In this document: positions 10,469 through 19,818 of the stretch, in pieces
Position numbering within the stretch: the stretch's first letter is position 1
How the letters are laid out: every line of letters begins with the position of its first letter
Assembly (NCBI GenBank): GCA_934129945.1
Contig: CAKOXC010000001.1
Coordinates: forward strand, 236,152 to 300,151
DNA from: an uncultured Bacilli bacterium
GTDB lineage: Bacteria > Bacillota_I > Bacilli_A > RF39 > UBA660
Direction of reading: 5' to 3'
DNA length: 64,000 bases
The notes under the pieces: model-generated
Databases searched by the model: none
What the model was told of the DNA's origin: nothing
What the model saw: only the letters and a program-made list of their open reading frames with translations
Made by a program: the position numbers and the translations under genes

Positions 10469-11152
10469 ATGGAAATAATTTTACAAAATTATAATAAGAA
10501 TATTAATGGTAAAGATATTTTAAAAAATATAAATTTTAATTTTAATTGTAATATTTCTTTAATTGGAACTTCTAGTAGTGGAAAAACAACATTATTAAAA
10601 GCTTTAGAAAATGATTATAATGTTCCTAGAATTTATAAAAATTTTATGTTTTTTCATTCAACAATTGAAGAAGAAATAAAATATATTTTATTAAATACAA
10701 AACAAAAAAAGATGGTAAATGATTTACTTAAAGATATTAATTTAAGTATAAATCCTAATATGTTAAAAAATAATGATAAAATTAAATTATGCATTTTAAA
10801 AGGTATTTTAAGTAACAATAATTATGTTTCATTTGATAATATATTAACTTATCTTCCATTAAAAGAAAAAGAATATATATTAAAATATTTAAACCAAGAA
10901 CATATTAACTACATAATTGTAAGCAATGATCTGAATGATTTGTTTAATACTGATATCACATACATTTTAAATGAAGGAACAATAATCGCTAGTGGTTCTT
11001 CACAAAAAATGCTTTTAGAAGAAAAACTTTTAAAAAGACTTGGATTTACTTTACCATTCATGATTGATTTATCACTAAAATTAAAAGATTATAACTTAAT
11101 AAAAGATATTTATTTAGATAAAGAATTGTTGGTGAATAAACTATGGAAATAA
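10469..11152 (+). CDS. degenerate ABC/ECF-type ATPase-like protein (Walker A retained, signature and Walker B decayed)
   Basis: GTSSSGKTTLLKAL Walker A; no LSGGQ or DEPT; sits where ecfA lies upstream of truA; ATG 10469 follows RBS GGAGGA (track start 10457 is TTG). Confidence 0.6.
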   Translation: MEIILQNYNKNINGKDILKNINFNFNCNISLIGTSSSGKTTLLKALENDYNVPRIYKNFMFFHSTIEEEIKYILLNTKQKKMVNDLLKDINLSINPNMLKNNDKIKLCILKGILSNNNYVSFDNILTYLPLKEKEYILKYLNQEHINYIIVSNDLNDLFNTDITYILNEGTIIASGSSQKMLLEEKLLKRLGFTLPFMIDLSLKLKDYNLIKDIYLDKELLVNKLWK

Positions 11153-11757
11153 AGAAAAATAAAATAACTGCAATACTAGGTATAGATACAAATTTAAATA
11201 TTGATGAAGAAAAATTAGAATTAGATTTTTTAAAAAGTATAAAAATGATAGATTATTTAAAAAATAAATTTAATAATTTAAATGATGAAAAGATTAATGA
11301 AGCTTTAAAAATATGTTTATTAAATGAAACTGATAAACAAAAACCTCTTAATGTATTATCTTCAAATGAAATAGAAAAGTTAGAATTAGCTATAAAATTA
11401 TTAGAAAATAGAGAAATGATAATATTAAGTGATTTTGAAATAAATTTTTTAAATAGAGAATTTAATTACTTTAAGAGTTTATTTAAAAAAATGGTTACTA
11501 AATATAACAAAACAGTAGTTTTTATAACTAATAACTTAACAAAAATTATGGACATAATTGATTTTATATTAGTTGTTGAAAATAAAACAGTAGTTTTAGA
11601 ACTTAACGCTAAAAATATTTATTATGATAAAATTTATGATTATGTAGATATGCCTGAAATAATTAATTTTGTTAAACTTGCAAAAAAGAATCATGCTAAA
11701 TTAGAGGATTACACAGATATAAATGAGCTTATTAAAGGTATTTTCAGGAGTGTATAA
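11143..11757 (+). CDS. second degenerate ABC/ECF ATPase-like protein (no Walker A; LSSNE/ILSDFE relics)
   Basis: LSSNEIEKLELA and IILSDFE resemble decayed LSGGQ and Walker B; overlaps upstream gene by 10 nt; ecfA' position. Confidence 0.55.
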   Translation: MEIKKNKITAILGIDTNLNIDEEKLELDFLKSIKMIDYLKNKFNNLNDEKINEALKICLLNETDKQKPLNVLSSNEIEKLELAIKLLENREMIILSDFEINFLNREFNYFKSLFKKMVTKYNKTVVFITNNLTKIMDIIDFILVVENKTVVLELNAKNIYYDKIYDYVDMPEIINFVKLAKKNHAKLEDYTDINELIKGIFRSV

Positions 11758-12479
11758 TGAGATATTTAATTAGTATAAGTTATGATGGTTCAAAGTTTCA
11801 AGGCTTTCAAAGATTAAAGGAAAATGCAAGTGTTCAAAAAGTTATAGAGGAAGCCTTAACTAAAATAAATAAAGATAAAGTTGTTATAAAAGGTGCAGGG
11901 AGAACCGATAGAGGTGTTCATGCTTTAGACCAAAAAGCTCATTTTGATTTAAATATTAATATAACTCCTGAAGGACTTAAAAAAGCTCTAAATAGTTTAG
12001 TAAAACCTTATATCTATATAAATGATTGCAAAATAGTTGATGAAAATTTTCATGCTAGGTTTTGTGTAAAAGAAAAAGTTTATGTTTATAAAATTAATTT
12101 AGGAGAATATAATCCAATTTTAAAAGATTATGTTAATCAAAATGTTAACAATCTTGATATCAAAGCAATGAAGAAAGCTAGCAAAGTATTTTTAGGTGTT
12201 CATAATTTTAAAAACTTTGTTAGTGGTGAAAGAGATAATTATGACTGTATAATTTATAAAATTAAATTTAAAGTAGTAAATAATATTTTAGAGATTGAAT
12301 TTACAGGAAAAAGTTTTTATAGATATATGGTTAGAAATTTAGTCGGGGCATTAATCGAAGTTGGAAAGCATAAAATTAATAGTGAATATTTAGAAAATAT
12401 GTTAGAAAATTATGATACGGCTATTAACTTACCAACCTCAGATGCTTGTGGTTTATATTTAAAACAGATAAAATATTAG
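11757..12479 (+). CDS. truA: tRNA pseudouridine(38-40) synthase TruA
   Basis: ISYDGSKFQGFQRQ-type N-terminus, catalytic GAGRTDRGVHA motif. Confidence 0.93.
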   Translation: MRYLISISYDGSKFQGFQRLKENASVQKVIEEALTKINKDKVVIKGAGRTDRGVHALDQKAHFDLNINITPEGLKKALNSLVKPYIYINDCKIVDENFHARFCVKEKVYVYKINLGEYNPILKDYVNQNVNNLDIKAMKKASKVFLGVHNFKNFVSGERDNYDCIIYKIKFKVVNNILEIEFTGKSFYRYMVRNLVGALIEVGKHKINSEYLENMLENYDTAINLPTSDACGLYLKQIKY

Positions 12480-12608
12480 TGTTTTATTAGATTTTGTTTG
12501 ACTTTTAAGTAATTATCTAATATAATTTTAAATGGTACATTTTATTTTCGAAGTCTTTTAGACCCTGGGAAAGTTGAAAAAGAAATCGATTATGGAAGGA
12601 AAAAAAAT

Positions 12609-13040
12609 ATGAGTACATTTATGCAAAAAAAAGAAAATATTGAACGTAAGTGGTATGTTATTGATGCAGCTGGTCTTAATTTAGGTCGTGTTGCAACAAA
12701 AGCTGCACACATTTTGAGAGGGAAACACAAACCTACATATACTCCTCATGTTGATTGTGGAGATTATGTAATCGTTATTAATGCAGATAAAGTTAATTTA
12801 ACTGGTAATAAGTTAAATGACAAAATGTATTATAACCATAGTGGATTTCCAGGAGGCTTAAGAGAAAGAAATGCTAAAACTATGATTGAAAGCTATCCAG
12901 AAGAAATGATGGAAAGAGCTATTAAAGGAATGCTTCCTCATAATAGACTTGGTAGACAAATGGGTAAGAAACTATTTGTTTATAGAGGCGCAGATCATAA
13001 ACATGCAGCTCAAAAGCCAATAGAAATGAAAGTTGATTAG
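12609..13040 (+). CDS. rplM: 50S ribosomal protein L13
   Basis: [43 protein letters not shown] is canonical L13. Confidence 0.97.
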   Translation: MSTFMQKKENIERKWYVIDAAGLNLGRVATKAAHILRGKHKPTYTPHVDCGDYVIVINADKVNLTGNKLNDKMYYNHSGFPGGLRERNAKTMIESYPEEMMERAIKGMLPHNRLGRQMGKKLFVYRGADHKHAAQKPIEMKVD

Positions 13041-13050
13041 GAGGGTATTC

Positions 13051-13470
13051 ATGAGTAAGAAACAAGTTTGGACAGCAACAGGACGTAGAAAACGTTCTCA
13101 AGCTCAAGTTAGATTAACTACAGGAACTGGTAAAATTACAGTTAATGGTGTTGATGTTAACGAATATATGCCATATGCTACATTAGTTATGGATTTAAAA
13201 CAACCATTAGTTTTAACTGGTAATGACAAAAATTTAGATATTGATGTTACAGTTAAAGGTGGAGGTTTTTCAGGTCAAACTGGAGCTATTAGATTAGGAA
13301 TCACAAGAGCTTTAATAGCTTATGATGCTAATACTGATCAATCTAGTGAAGATTCTTATAGAAAAGTATTAAAAATAGCTGGTTTTGTTACAAGAGATCC
13401 TAGAGTTAAAGAACGTAAAAAACCAGGTCTTAAAAAAGCTCGTAGAGCACCACAATTCTCAAAACGTTAA
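13051..13470 (+). CDS. rpsI: 30S ribosomal protein S9
   Basis: Canonical S9 ending ...[17 protein letters not shown]; ATG at 13051 after GGAGGG (track's 13033 start is a spurious extension). Confidence 0.97.
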   Translation: MSKKQVWTATGRRKRSQAQVRLTTGTGKITVNGVDVNEYMPYATLVMDLKQPLVLTGNDKNLDIDVTVKGGGFSGQTGAIRLGITRALIAYDANTDQSSEDSYRKVLKIAGFVTRDPRVKERKKPGLKKARRAPQFSKR

Positions 13471-13490
13471 AATATACTTATTTCAATTTT

Positions 13491-13520
13491 TTCAAAAAGT
13501 CCGTATTTGCGGACTTTTTT
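13491..13520 (+). terminator. rho-independent terminator after rpsI
   Basis: aaaaGTCCGtatttgCGGACttttttg hairpin plus T-run. Confidence 0.8.
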
Positions 13521-13680
13521 GCTTGGTATATAATTCGATTTACAAGCATATCTAATAATATAAACTAAAAAATTTTTAAAAATTGTTTCATTTATGTTAT
13601 GCTTATAATATTTTTGATTAAAATGCTTGTATTTATTGATTATTATGATATAATAACTGTCCAATAAAGGAGGGTTTAAT

Positions 13681-14151
13681 ATGGTAATTAAAACTGTTCA
13701 AGAAGATATTTTTAATACTGAGGCTAAACATATTGCATTTGCTGTTAATACAGAAGGGTATAATGATTCAGGATTTGCTGGTCAAGTATCTAGTAAGTAT
13801 TGGAAAGAATTAGCTAATTGTGGTGAACATGAATTAGGAACAGTATTATCAAAAACAGTTGGAGACAAAACATTTCATGCTTTAGTTTGCCATTCATTAA
13901 ATTGCGATTGGGGTGAAAATCAAGCAGAAATAATTAAAGAGTGTTTTGATAAAATACCATCTAATGGTGAACCAGTAGCAACAATAGCAATTGGTACAGG
14001 GCCTATAGGAGTGCTAAGTGGTGCTAATTTCAGACAAATTGTATGTGGTATGCATGATTCTAATCAAAAAATTATGTTACATGCAAATTATACTTTGAAT
14101 GCTGTAATAGAATGTTATGATGAAGAAAAGGGTAAATTAAGAAGAAGATAA
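13681..14151 (+). CDS. hypothetical protein (156 aa)
   Basis: ORF with RBS aaggagg; no recognised motif; followed by a terminator. Confidence 0.5.
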   Translation: MVIKTVQEDIFNTEAKHIAFAVNTEGYNDSGFAGQVSSKYWKELANCGEHELGTVLSKTVGDKTFHALVCHSLNCDWGENQAEIIKECFDKIPSNGEPVATIAIGTGPIGVLSGANFRQIVCGMHDSNQKIMLHANYTLNAVIECYDEEKGKLRRR

Positions 14152-14198
14152 AATATTAATTATAATATTAAAAATCAGAAAAATTTATAAATATTTTT

Positions 14199-14228
14199 TC
14201 CTCGTTTTATACGAGGTTTTTTCTTGCT
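14199..14228 (+). terminator. rho-independent terminator
   Basis: ttttttCCTCGttttataCGAGGttttttc. Confidence 0.75.
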
Positions 14229-14290
14229 TTTTTATAATTTTAAGATATAATATAAACACGTAAGAAATATATTTAAAGTGGGTGACTGTT

Positions 14291-14839
14291 ATGGATATTA
14301 TAAAAACTATATATAAATTATCTTTTTTTGTATTAGGGTGTGTAATGTTAGTTATAGCTCTATTAGTCATACCAGTAGGTTTTAACAGTTTTATATGGTT
14401 TTTTGGGTTCTCATTTTTGTTTTATTTACTTAGTTTTCAATATACTTTAGCAGTTATAAAATGGTTATTTCAAAAGATTATTAATATATCTAAACCTAGA
14501 AAAGCTAGTGGTTGGAAAAATTTAACAATAGAAAATATTAGTTATGATAAATCTTTAGGTTTAATTAAATTAAATTCTAAAACTTTAAATTTTGATCAAA
14601 TAGTGTCAGTTTATATAATCGCTAATTCAAAAAAAGTTAAAGCAAATGAATTAAGTAAAATTAGTGATGTAAAAAAATTAGAAATAAAAATAGGAACACA
14701 AGTAAAAAAAGTAGTTTATCGTCATTTTAAATACATAACAGGTAAAATATCTGAAAAAAATAAAAAAATAGCTGTCAAATCTTGTTTAAAAGATTATAAA
14801 AAATTAAAAAAAGTCTTAAAAAATGTCAAATTTGACTAA
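14291..14839 (+). CDS. hypothetical membrane protein
   Basis: Three N-terminal hydrophobic helices, K-rich C-terminus; ATG 14291 preferred over GTG 14282. Confidence 0.5.
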   Translation: MDIIKTIYKLSFFVLGCVMLVIALLVIPVGFNSFIWFFGFSFLFYLLSFQYTLAVIKWLFQKIINISKPRKASGWKNLTIENISYDKSLGLIKLNSKTLNFDQIVSVYIIANSKKVKANELSKISDVKKLEIKIGTQVKKVVYRHFKYITGKISEKNKKIAVKSCLKDYKKLKKVLKNVKFD

Positions 14840-14931
14840 TTTTAGTTGCTAAAAAAATTTGATATGATATAATACATAAGACGAGAGAAAATACTATACT
14901 ATGAATTTAGTATGGCGAAAGGAGAATATTA

Positions 14932-15150
14932 ATGAGAAAGAACATTCATCCAGAAATGAAGGAAGTTACAGTTAAATGTGCATGTGGTGCTACATTCAAA
15001 ACTAAATCAACAAAAGATCATATAGATGTTGAAGTTTGTAGTGAATGTCATCCATTCTATACAGGAGCTCAAGGTAGAGTTAAAAAAACTGGTAACATTG
15101 AAAAATTCAACAAAAGATATGGAATTAATAAAGACGAAAAAGCTGCTTAA
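14932..15150 (+). CDS. rpmE: 50S ribosomal protein L31
   Basis: MRKNIHPE...CxC...CSECHPFYTG zinc-ribbon L31. Confidence 0.93.
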   Translation: MRKNIHPEMKEVTVKCACGATFKTKSTKDHIDVEVCSECHPFYTGAQGRVKKTGNIEKFNKRYGINKDEKAA

Positions 15151-15211
15151 TAAAGTGGCTTTTATTTTTTGAAAATGTGTTATAATAGTTTATATAAAGG
15201 AGCTTTTGTAA

Positions 15212-16213
15212 ATGAAAAAAATTAAATATTTAATTAAAAGAATATGCAACATGAATTTTACTAATTTTTTTAATACATTAAATGATGTTCATAAAAAGAC
15301 TGGTAAAAATAAAGTATATATTTTTTTCGATATGATAATTTGTGGATTTAAGTATCAAGCTGGTTATATTGATTACAATTTATTTGAAATGTATAACATG
15401 AATAGATATGAAAGATCAACAGTTATTACTAGAGGAATAAATAACGAAATAATCAAAAAATATAATGATCCAGAATATATGAAAATATTTAATGATAAGA
15501 TTAAATTTAATGAAAGATTTAATAAATATTTAAAAAGAGATTGGTTAGAACTTACTGGAAATAATAAAAAAGAATTTGCTAAATTTTGTGAAAAACATCC
15601 TAAATTTGTTGCTAAACCAACAAAAGAATCTTGTGGCAAAGGTGTTGAAATAATAGATAGCGCAGATAAAAAAATCTATGACTTATATAATGATCTTTAT
15701 AATAATAAACAAATATTAGTTGAAGAAATAGCTGTACAATGTAAAAAATTAAGTGATTTACATCCTGATTCTATCAATACATTAAGAGTTGTAACATTAA
15801 AAGGTACGGTAGTAACAGCTCTTCTTAGAATAGGAAATAATCATAATAATGTTGATAATTTTAATCATGAAGGACTATGTGTTCCGATTGATATAGAAGA
15901 TGGAATTGTAAAATATCAAGCTATTGATAAAAAGGGTAATTTATATGAAAAACACCCTATTACAAAAAAAGAGATAGTTGGATTTAAAGTTCCAAAATGG
16001 AATGAAGTAAAAAAAATATGTGAACAAGCAGCACTTGAAATTCCTCAAGTTGGGTATATAGGATGGGATGTATGTGTAACAAAGGATGATATTTGTTTTA
16101 TTGAAGCAAATGAATTCCCAGGACACGATTTATATGGATTACCACCACATCGCACAAATAATATCGGTTTATTACCAAAATTTCAAGAAGCAATGAAAAA
16201 GGAGATTAAATAA
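15212..16213 (+). CDS. ATP-grasp fold protein (sugar-transfer-associated ATP-grasp-like)
   Basis: Length and motifs (FVAKPTKESCGKGV..., C-terminal EANEFPG) resemble an ATP-grasp ligase domain; specific function unknown. Confidence 0.5.
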   Translation: MKKIKYLIKRICNMNFTNFFNTLNDVHKKTGKNKVYIFFDMIICGFKYQAGYIDYNLFEMYNMNRYERSTVITRGINNEIIKKYNDPEYMKIFNDKIKFNERFNKYLKRDWLELTGNNKKEFAKFCEKHPKFVAKPTKESCGKGVEIIDSADKKIYDLYNDLYNNKQILVEEIAVQCKKLSDLHPDSINTLRVVTLKGTVVTALLRIGNNHNNVDNFNHEGLCVPIDIEDGIVKYQAIDKKGNLYEKHPITKKEIVGFKVPKWNEVKKICEQAALEIPQVGYIGWDVCVTKDDICFIEANEFPGHDLYGLPPHRTNNIGLLPKFQEAMKKEIK

Positions 16214-16662
16214 TGAGAATAATAATAGGTTGTGACCATAGAGGGGTAGAATTAAAAAATCAAATAATAGCTAATTTAAAAAATGATGGCTTTGAAGTAG
16301 TTGAATCTTCAGTTAAAAATAATGAAAATGATGACTATCCAGATTTTGCTTTTGATGTAGCTAATAAAGTTAAAAATGATGATTTGGGAATACTTATTTG
16401 TGGAAATGGAATAGGGATCAGTATAGCAGCTAATAAAGTAAAAGGAATAAGATGTGCAAGAGTTGTAGATGTTGATGATGTATTTAAAGCTAAAACACAT
16501 AATGGCGCAAATATTATTGCTTTTGGGGCTAATAATGATATTGATAAAGCAATGGAGATGGTAAATGTATTCATTGCAACAAAATATCCTACTGAAGAAA
16601 GACACTTAAAAAGAATAGAAAAAATAATAAAATACGAAAATGGAGAATATAATGAACTATAA
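16213..16662 (+). CDS. rpiB: ribose-5-phosphate isomerase B (RpiB/LacAB family)
   Basis: MRIIIGCDHRGVELK...ICGNGIGISIAANKVKGIRCA canonical. Confidence 0.9.
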   Translation: MRIIIGCDHRGVELKNQIIANLKNDGFEVVESSVKNNENDDYPDFAFDVANKVKNDDLGILICGNGIGISIAANKVKGIRCARVVDVDDVFKAKTHNGANIIAFGANNDIDKAMEMVNVFIATKYPTEERHLKRIEKIIKYENGEYNEL

Positions 16663-16849
16663 AGTATATTTATATGTTATATTTACTTTCTTATCAATAT
16701 ATTCATTTAGTGCCTTAGACTTTAGTAAAATTTTAAGACCAAATAAGAATATTGAGGCAAGAATTATTATTTTTATTTTAAGTTTTGCATTTAGTTATTT
16801 AGTTAGTAATTTTATTTATGATTTTATTGAATGTAGTAAATTATTTTAA
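16640..16849 (+). CDS. small hydrophobic protein (69 aa), uncertain
   Basis: ORF overlapping rpiB end; two predicted TM helices. Confidence 0.3.
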   Translation: MENIMNYKVYLYVIFTFLSIYSFSALDFSKILRPNKNIEARIIIFILSFAFSYLVSNFIYDFIECSKLF

Positions 16850-16858
16850 GGAGAAGAT

Positions 16859-17773
16859 ATGAAAAATAAACTATTATTGATTGTAGTAGTAGTTTTAACA
16901 ATGGTTTTACTTATAGAGATAAAAACACCAAAAAAAGAAATTCAAAATAATAAAAATAACAATAATCAAGAAGAAATTAAAGTTAAAAATATAGCAACTG
17001 GTGCTATAGAGACAAAAGATTTAGAAAATTATGTAATGGGAGTGGTAGCTGCAGAAATGCCTGCCTCTTTTTCTATTGAAGCATTAAAAGCTCAAGCAAT
17101 AGCATCAAGATCTTATGCATACTATAAAATGAAGCAAAATAATGGTAATTATGATATTATTGCAGATGTTTCAAATCAAGCTTATATAAATGATGATGAA
17201 ATGCATGAAAAGTGGCAAGAAGATTATGATATTTATTATAAAAAAATAAAAGAAGCTGTTGATGGTACTAAAAATGAAGTAATGACTTATGATGGTCAAG
17301 TTATTGAAGCATTTTATTTTGCTATGAGTAATGGGTATACAGAAGATGTAGTTTCAGTTTTTGGCGAAAGTTTACCATATTTAAAAAGTGTAGAATCAAA
17401 GTGGGATAACAACAGTTTAAGTAATTATGAGGTAAATACACAGTTATCAACAGAAGAATTTTTAAAAAAATTAAATTTAAACAATAATATCATAGTTATC
17501 AACAATCAAATTTATGATGAAACAGGTAGAACAAAGGAAATAACCATAAATTCCACAACTTTTAAAGGTACAGAATTTAGAAAATTGTTAAATTTAAGGT
17601 CAACTGATTTTAAAATTGAAGTAGATAATAATATAGTTAATATAACAACTAAAGGATATGGTCACGGAGTTGGTATGAGTCAATATGGAGCAAATGGAAT
17701 GGCAAAAGATGGCTTTGATTGTTATACCATTTTAAAATATTATTATAAAGATATTGAATTTCAAAAATTATAG
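16859..17773 (+). CDS. spoIID: stage II sporulation protein D (lytic transglycosylase/amidase enhancer)
   Basis: Signal-anchor; SpoIID family signature ...YGHGVGMSQYGANGMA... Confidence 0.9.
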   Translation: MKNKLLLIVVVVLTMVLLIEIKTPKKEIQNNKNNNNQEEIKVKNIATGAIETKDLENYVMGVVAAEMPASFSIEALKAQAIASRSYAYYKMKQNNGNYDIIADVSNQAYINDDEMHEKWQEDYDIYYKKIKEAVDGTKNEVMTYDGQVIEAFYFAMSNGYTEDVVSVFGESLPYLKSVESKWDNNSLSNYEVNTQLSTEEFLKKLNLNNNIIVINNQIYDETGRTKEITINSTTFKGTEFRKLLNLRSTDFKIEVDNNIVNITTKGYGHGVGMSQYGANGMAKDGFDCYTILKYYYKDIEFQKL

Positions 17774-17821
17774 TATATATTTCCAATAATTGGTCAAACT
17801 TATTAGTAGGAAGGTGAGACC

Positions 17822-18454
17822 ATGAAAAAGAGAAAATTAAAAGGATTTGTATTACCAACAGCATATGTTATCGGAGTAACATTTTTATTTTTAGGCATCA
17901 TGTATGTTGGAAGTAAAGGAGTAGATAGTACTTTAGGAAATTATAAATTTGTAACAGGGCTTTTTAATGAAAATTTAACTTCTGTTGTTAGCACTGAAGA
18001 ACCAAAAGTTTCGAAGCCGTTTAATAGTGATAAGGTAGAAATAAGTAAATATTTCTATAATAAAGATGCTGATGATACTAATAAAGAAGCTTCTATAATT
18101 TACTATGAAAATACTTACATGCAAAACACTGGAGTTTTATATTCTTCTGATGAACAATTTGATGTTTTAGCAACATTACCAGGAACAGTAACTAATATTA
18201 AAGATGATAATATACTTGGAAAAGTTGTGTATGTTGAATATAATACAAAATTAACAGTAGTTTATTACTCTTTACAAAGTACTGATTTAAAAATAGGTGA
18301 TCAAATAGATCAAAATACAGTTATTGGTAAAAGTGGTTCAAATAAATTAGAAAACCAAAAGAAATATAATTTATTAATTGAAGTATATAAAGATGGTAAC
18401 TTAATTAATCCTCTAGATTTTTATGAAATGAATGTAAATGAATTAAATAATTAA
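17822..18454 (+). CDS. SpoIIQ-like protein with degenerate LytM (M23) domain
   Basis: N-terminal TM; C-terminal M23-like fold lacking His/Asp zinc ligands; directly downstream of spoIID as in Clostridia. Confidence 0.55.
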   Translation: MKKRKLKGFVLPTAYVIGVTFLFLGIMYVGSKGVDSTLGNYKFVTGLFNENLTSVVSTEEPKVSKPFNSDKVEISKYFYNKDADDTNKEASIIYYENTYMQNTGVLYSSDEQFDVLATLPGTVTNIKDDNILGKVVYVEYNTKLTVVYYSLQSTDLKIGDQIDQNTVIGKSGSNKLENQKKYNLLIEVYKDGNLINPLDFYEMNVNELNN

Positions 18455-18456
18455 TA

Positions 18457-19023
18457 ATGAAAAAACAAGTTGATTGTATATTTTACTTAGTTGATAGTTA
18501 CTTATATTTATATAATTTAAAAAAAGAAGAAATAAAAAAGTATAAGTTCTCAAATTATATATATTATGGAAGAATAGTAAAAGTAAGTCAGTTTTTAAAA
18601 AAATTAAATGAAATAATTAAACAAGAAAAGATTTCAAAACTATTTACTGGTCTAAAAGCAATAGTTATTTATGAACCGTATTTACAATATAATGATAAAA
18701 AAATAATTATTGATGCTTTTGACCAGTGTGGTTTTAAAGATTTAAAATTAATAAGTACAAAACAAATTTTATCTAAAAATAAAACTTTTATAGAAATAAA
18801 TGAAAAATATTTAATTTTATACAATGAAAATAAGTACTTTCTATTTAATGTAAATAAATATTTTAGTATTGAAAATATTATTAATAAAATATTAAAAAGT
18901 ATTTCTAAAAATATATATTTAATTGGAATAAATGAAAGAATTGCAGAGTTAGTAGAGATGAACAAAAAACTATTTTACTTCGAAAATAGCAGTATATTTT
19001 ATTTAAAAAATGCAAAAAAATAA
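18457..19023 (+). CDS. hypothetical protein (188 aa)
   Basis: ORF with AT-rich codon usage consistent with neighbours; no motif recognised. Confidence 0.4.
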   Translation: MKKQVDCIFYLVDSYLYLYNLKKEEIKKYKFSNYIYYGRIVKVSQFLKKLNEIIKQEKISKLFTGLKAIVIYEPYLQYNDKKIIIDAFDQCGFKDLKLISTKQILSKNKTFIEINEKYLILYNENKYFLFNVNKYFSIENIINKILKSISKNIYLIGINERIAELVEMNKKLFYFENSSIFYLKNAKK

Positions 19024-19104
19024 TTGGCAAAAATTGTCAATTTTTTTATGGTGTGATATAATTATAGGTATGGTTAGCAAGCTGCAAATACAGGATGGTG
19101 AGTT

Positions 19105-19816
19105 TATGATTAAATTTGTTGTGGTTGAGGATGATAAATCTCAACAGGAGAAAGTTAAAGGAGTAATTGATAAAGTAAAATTTAAAACTAATGAAGAAAC
19201 GGAAACAGTATTCTTCTCTAAGTACACAAAAACATTACAAAATATTATAAAAGATGATAGTATTCATAAGATATTTATAATGGATATAGAACTTGAAAAT
19301 AATACAAGTGGTATTCAAATAGCAAAATATATTAGAGAAAATGATTGGGATAGTGAAATAATATTTACTACTAGTCATGATAAAATGTTTGAAACAGTTT
19401 ATAGGAATATTTACCAAGTATTTGATTTTATTGAAAAATATCATGATATGTCAAAAAGACTTGAAGAAGATATAAATATTATTTTAAGAAAAAACTTTGA
19501 TAACAAAATGTTAACTTATAGTAATAGATTATTTGATTTAAAAGTATACTACCGTTCTATTTTATATATTTATAGAGAAAAAGATGAAAGAAAATTAGTT
19601 ATTGTAACTGATACAAATATTTTCAAAATTGGTTTGACAATTCCAGAAATGCTAGAGTTGTTAGATGAACGTTTTAAACAATGTCATAGATCTTGTATTG
19701 TTAATGTTGATAGAGTTCAAAAATTCAATTGGAATAATAATTCTTTTTTATTAGATAACAAAGAAGAAATACCAATGCTATCTAAAAAATTTAAGAAAGA
19801 GGTGTTGGGTGAGTGA
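19105..19816 (+). CDS. AgrA-like response regulator (receiver + LytTR DNA-binding domain)
   Basis: Receiver Asp in FIMDIELEN; C-terminal LytTR region RSILYIYREKDERKLVIVTDTNIF...HRSCIVNVDRV; ATG 19105 after RBS and promoter ttgtca..tgtgatataat. Confidence 0.85.
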
Positions 19817-19818
19817 CT

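Noticed and set aside
13541-13634. Inverted repeat TACAAGCAT...ATGCTTGTA flanking about 70 bp between rpsI and the next gene
   Set aside because: Short 9-bp arms in very AT-rich intergenic DNA. It could be a regulator site but is within chance expectation, so it is not called.
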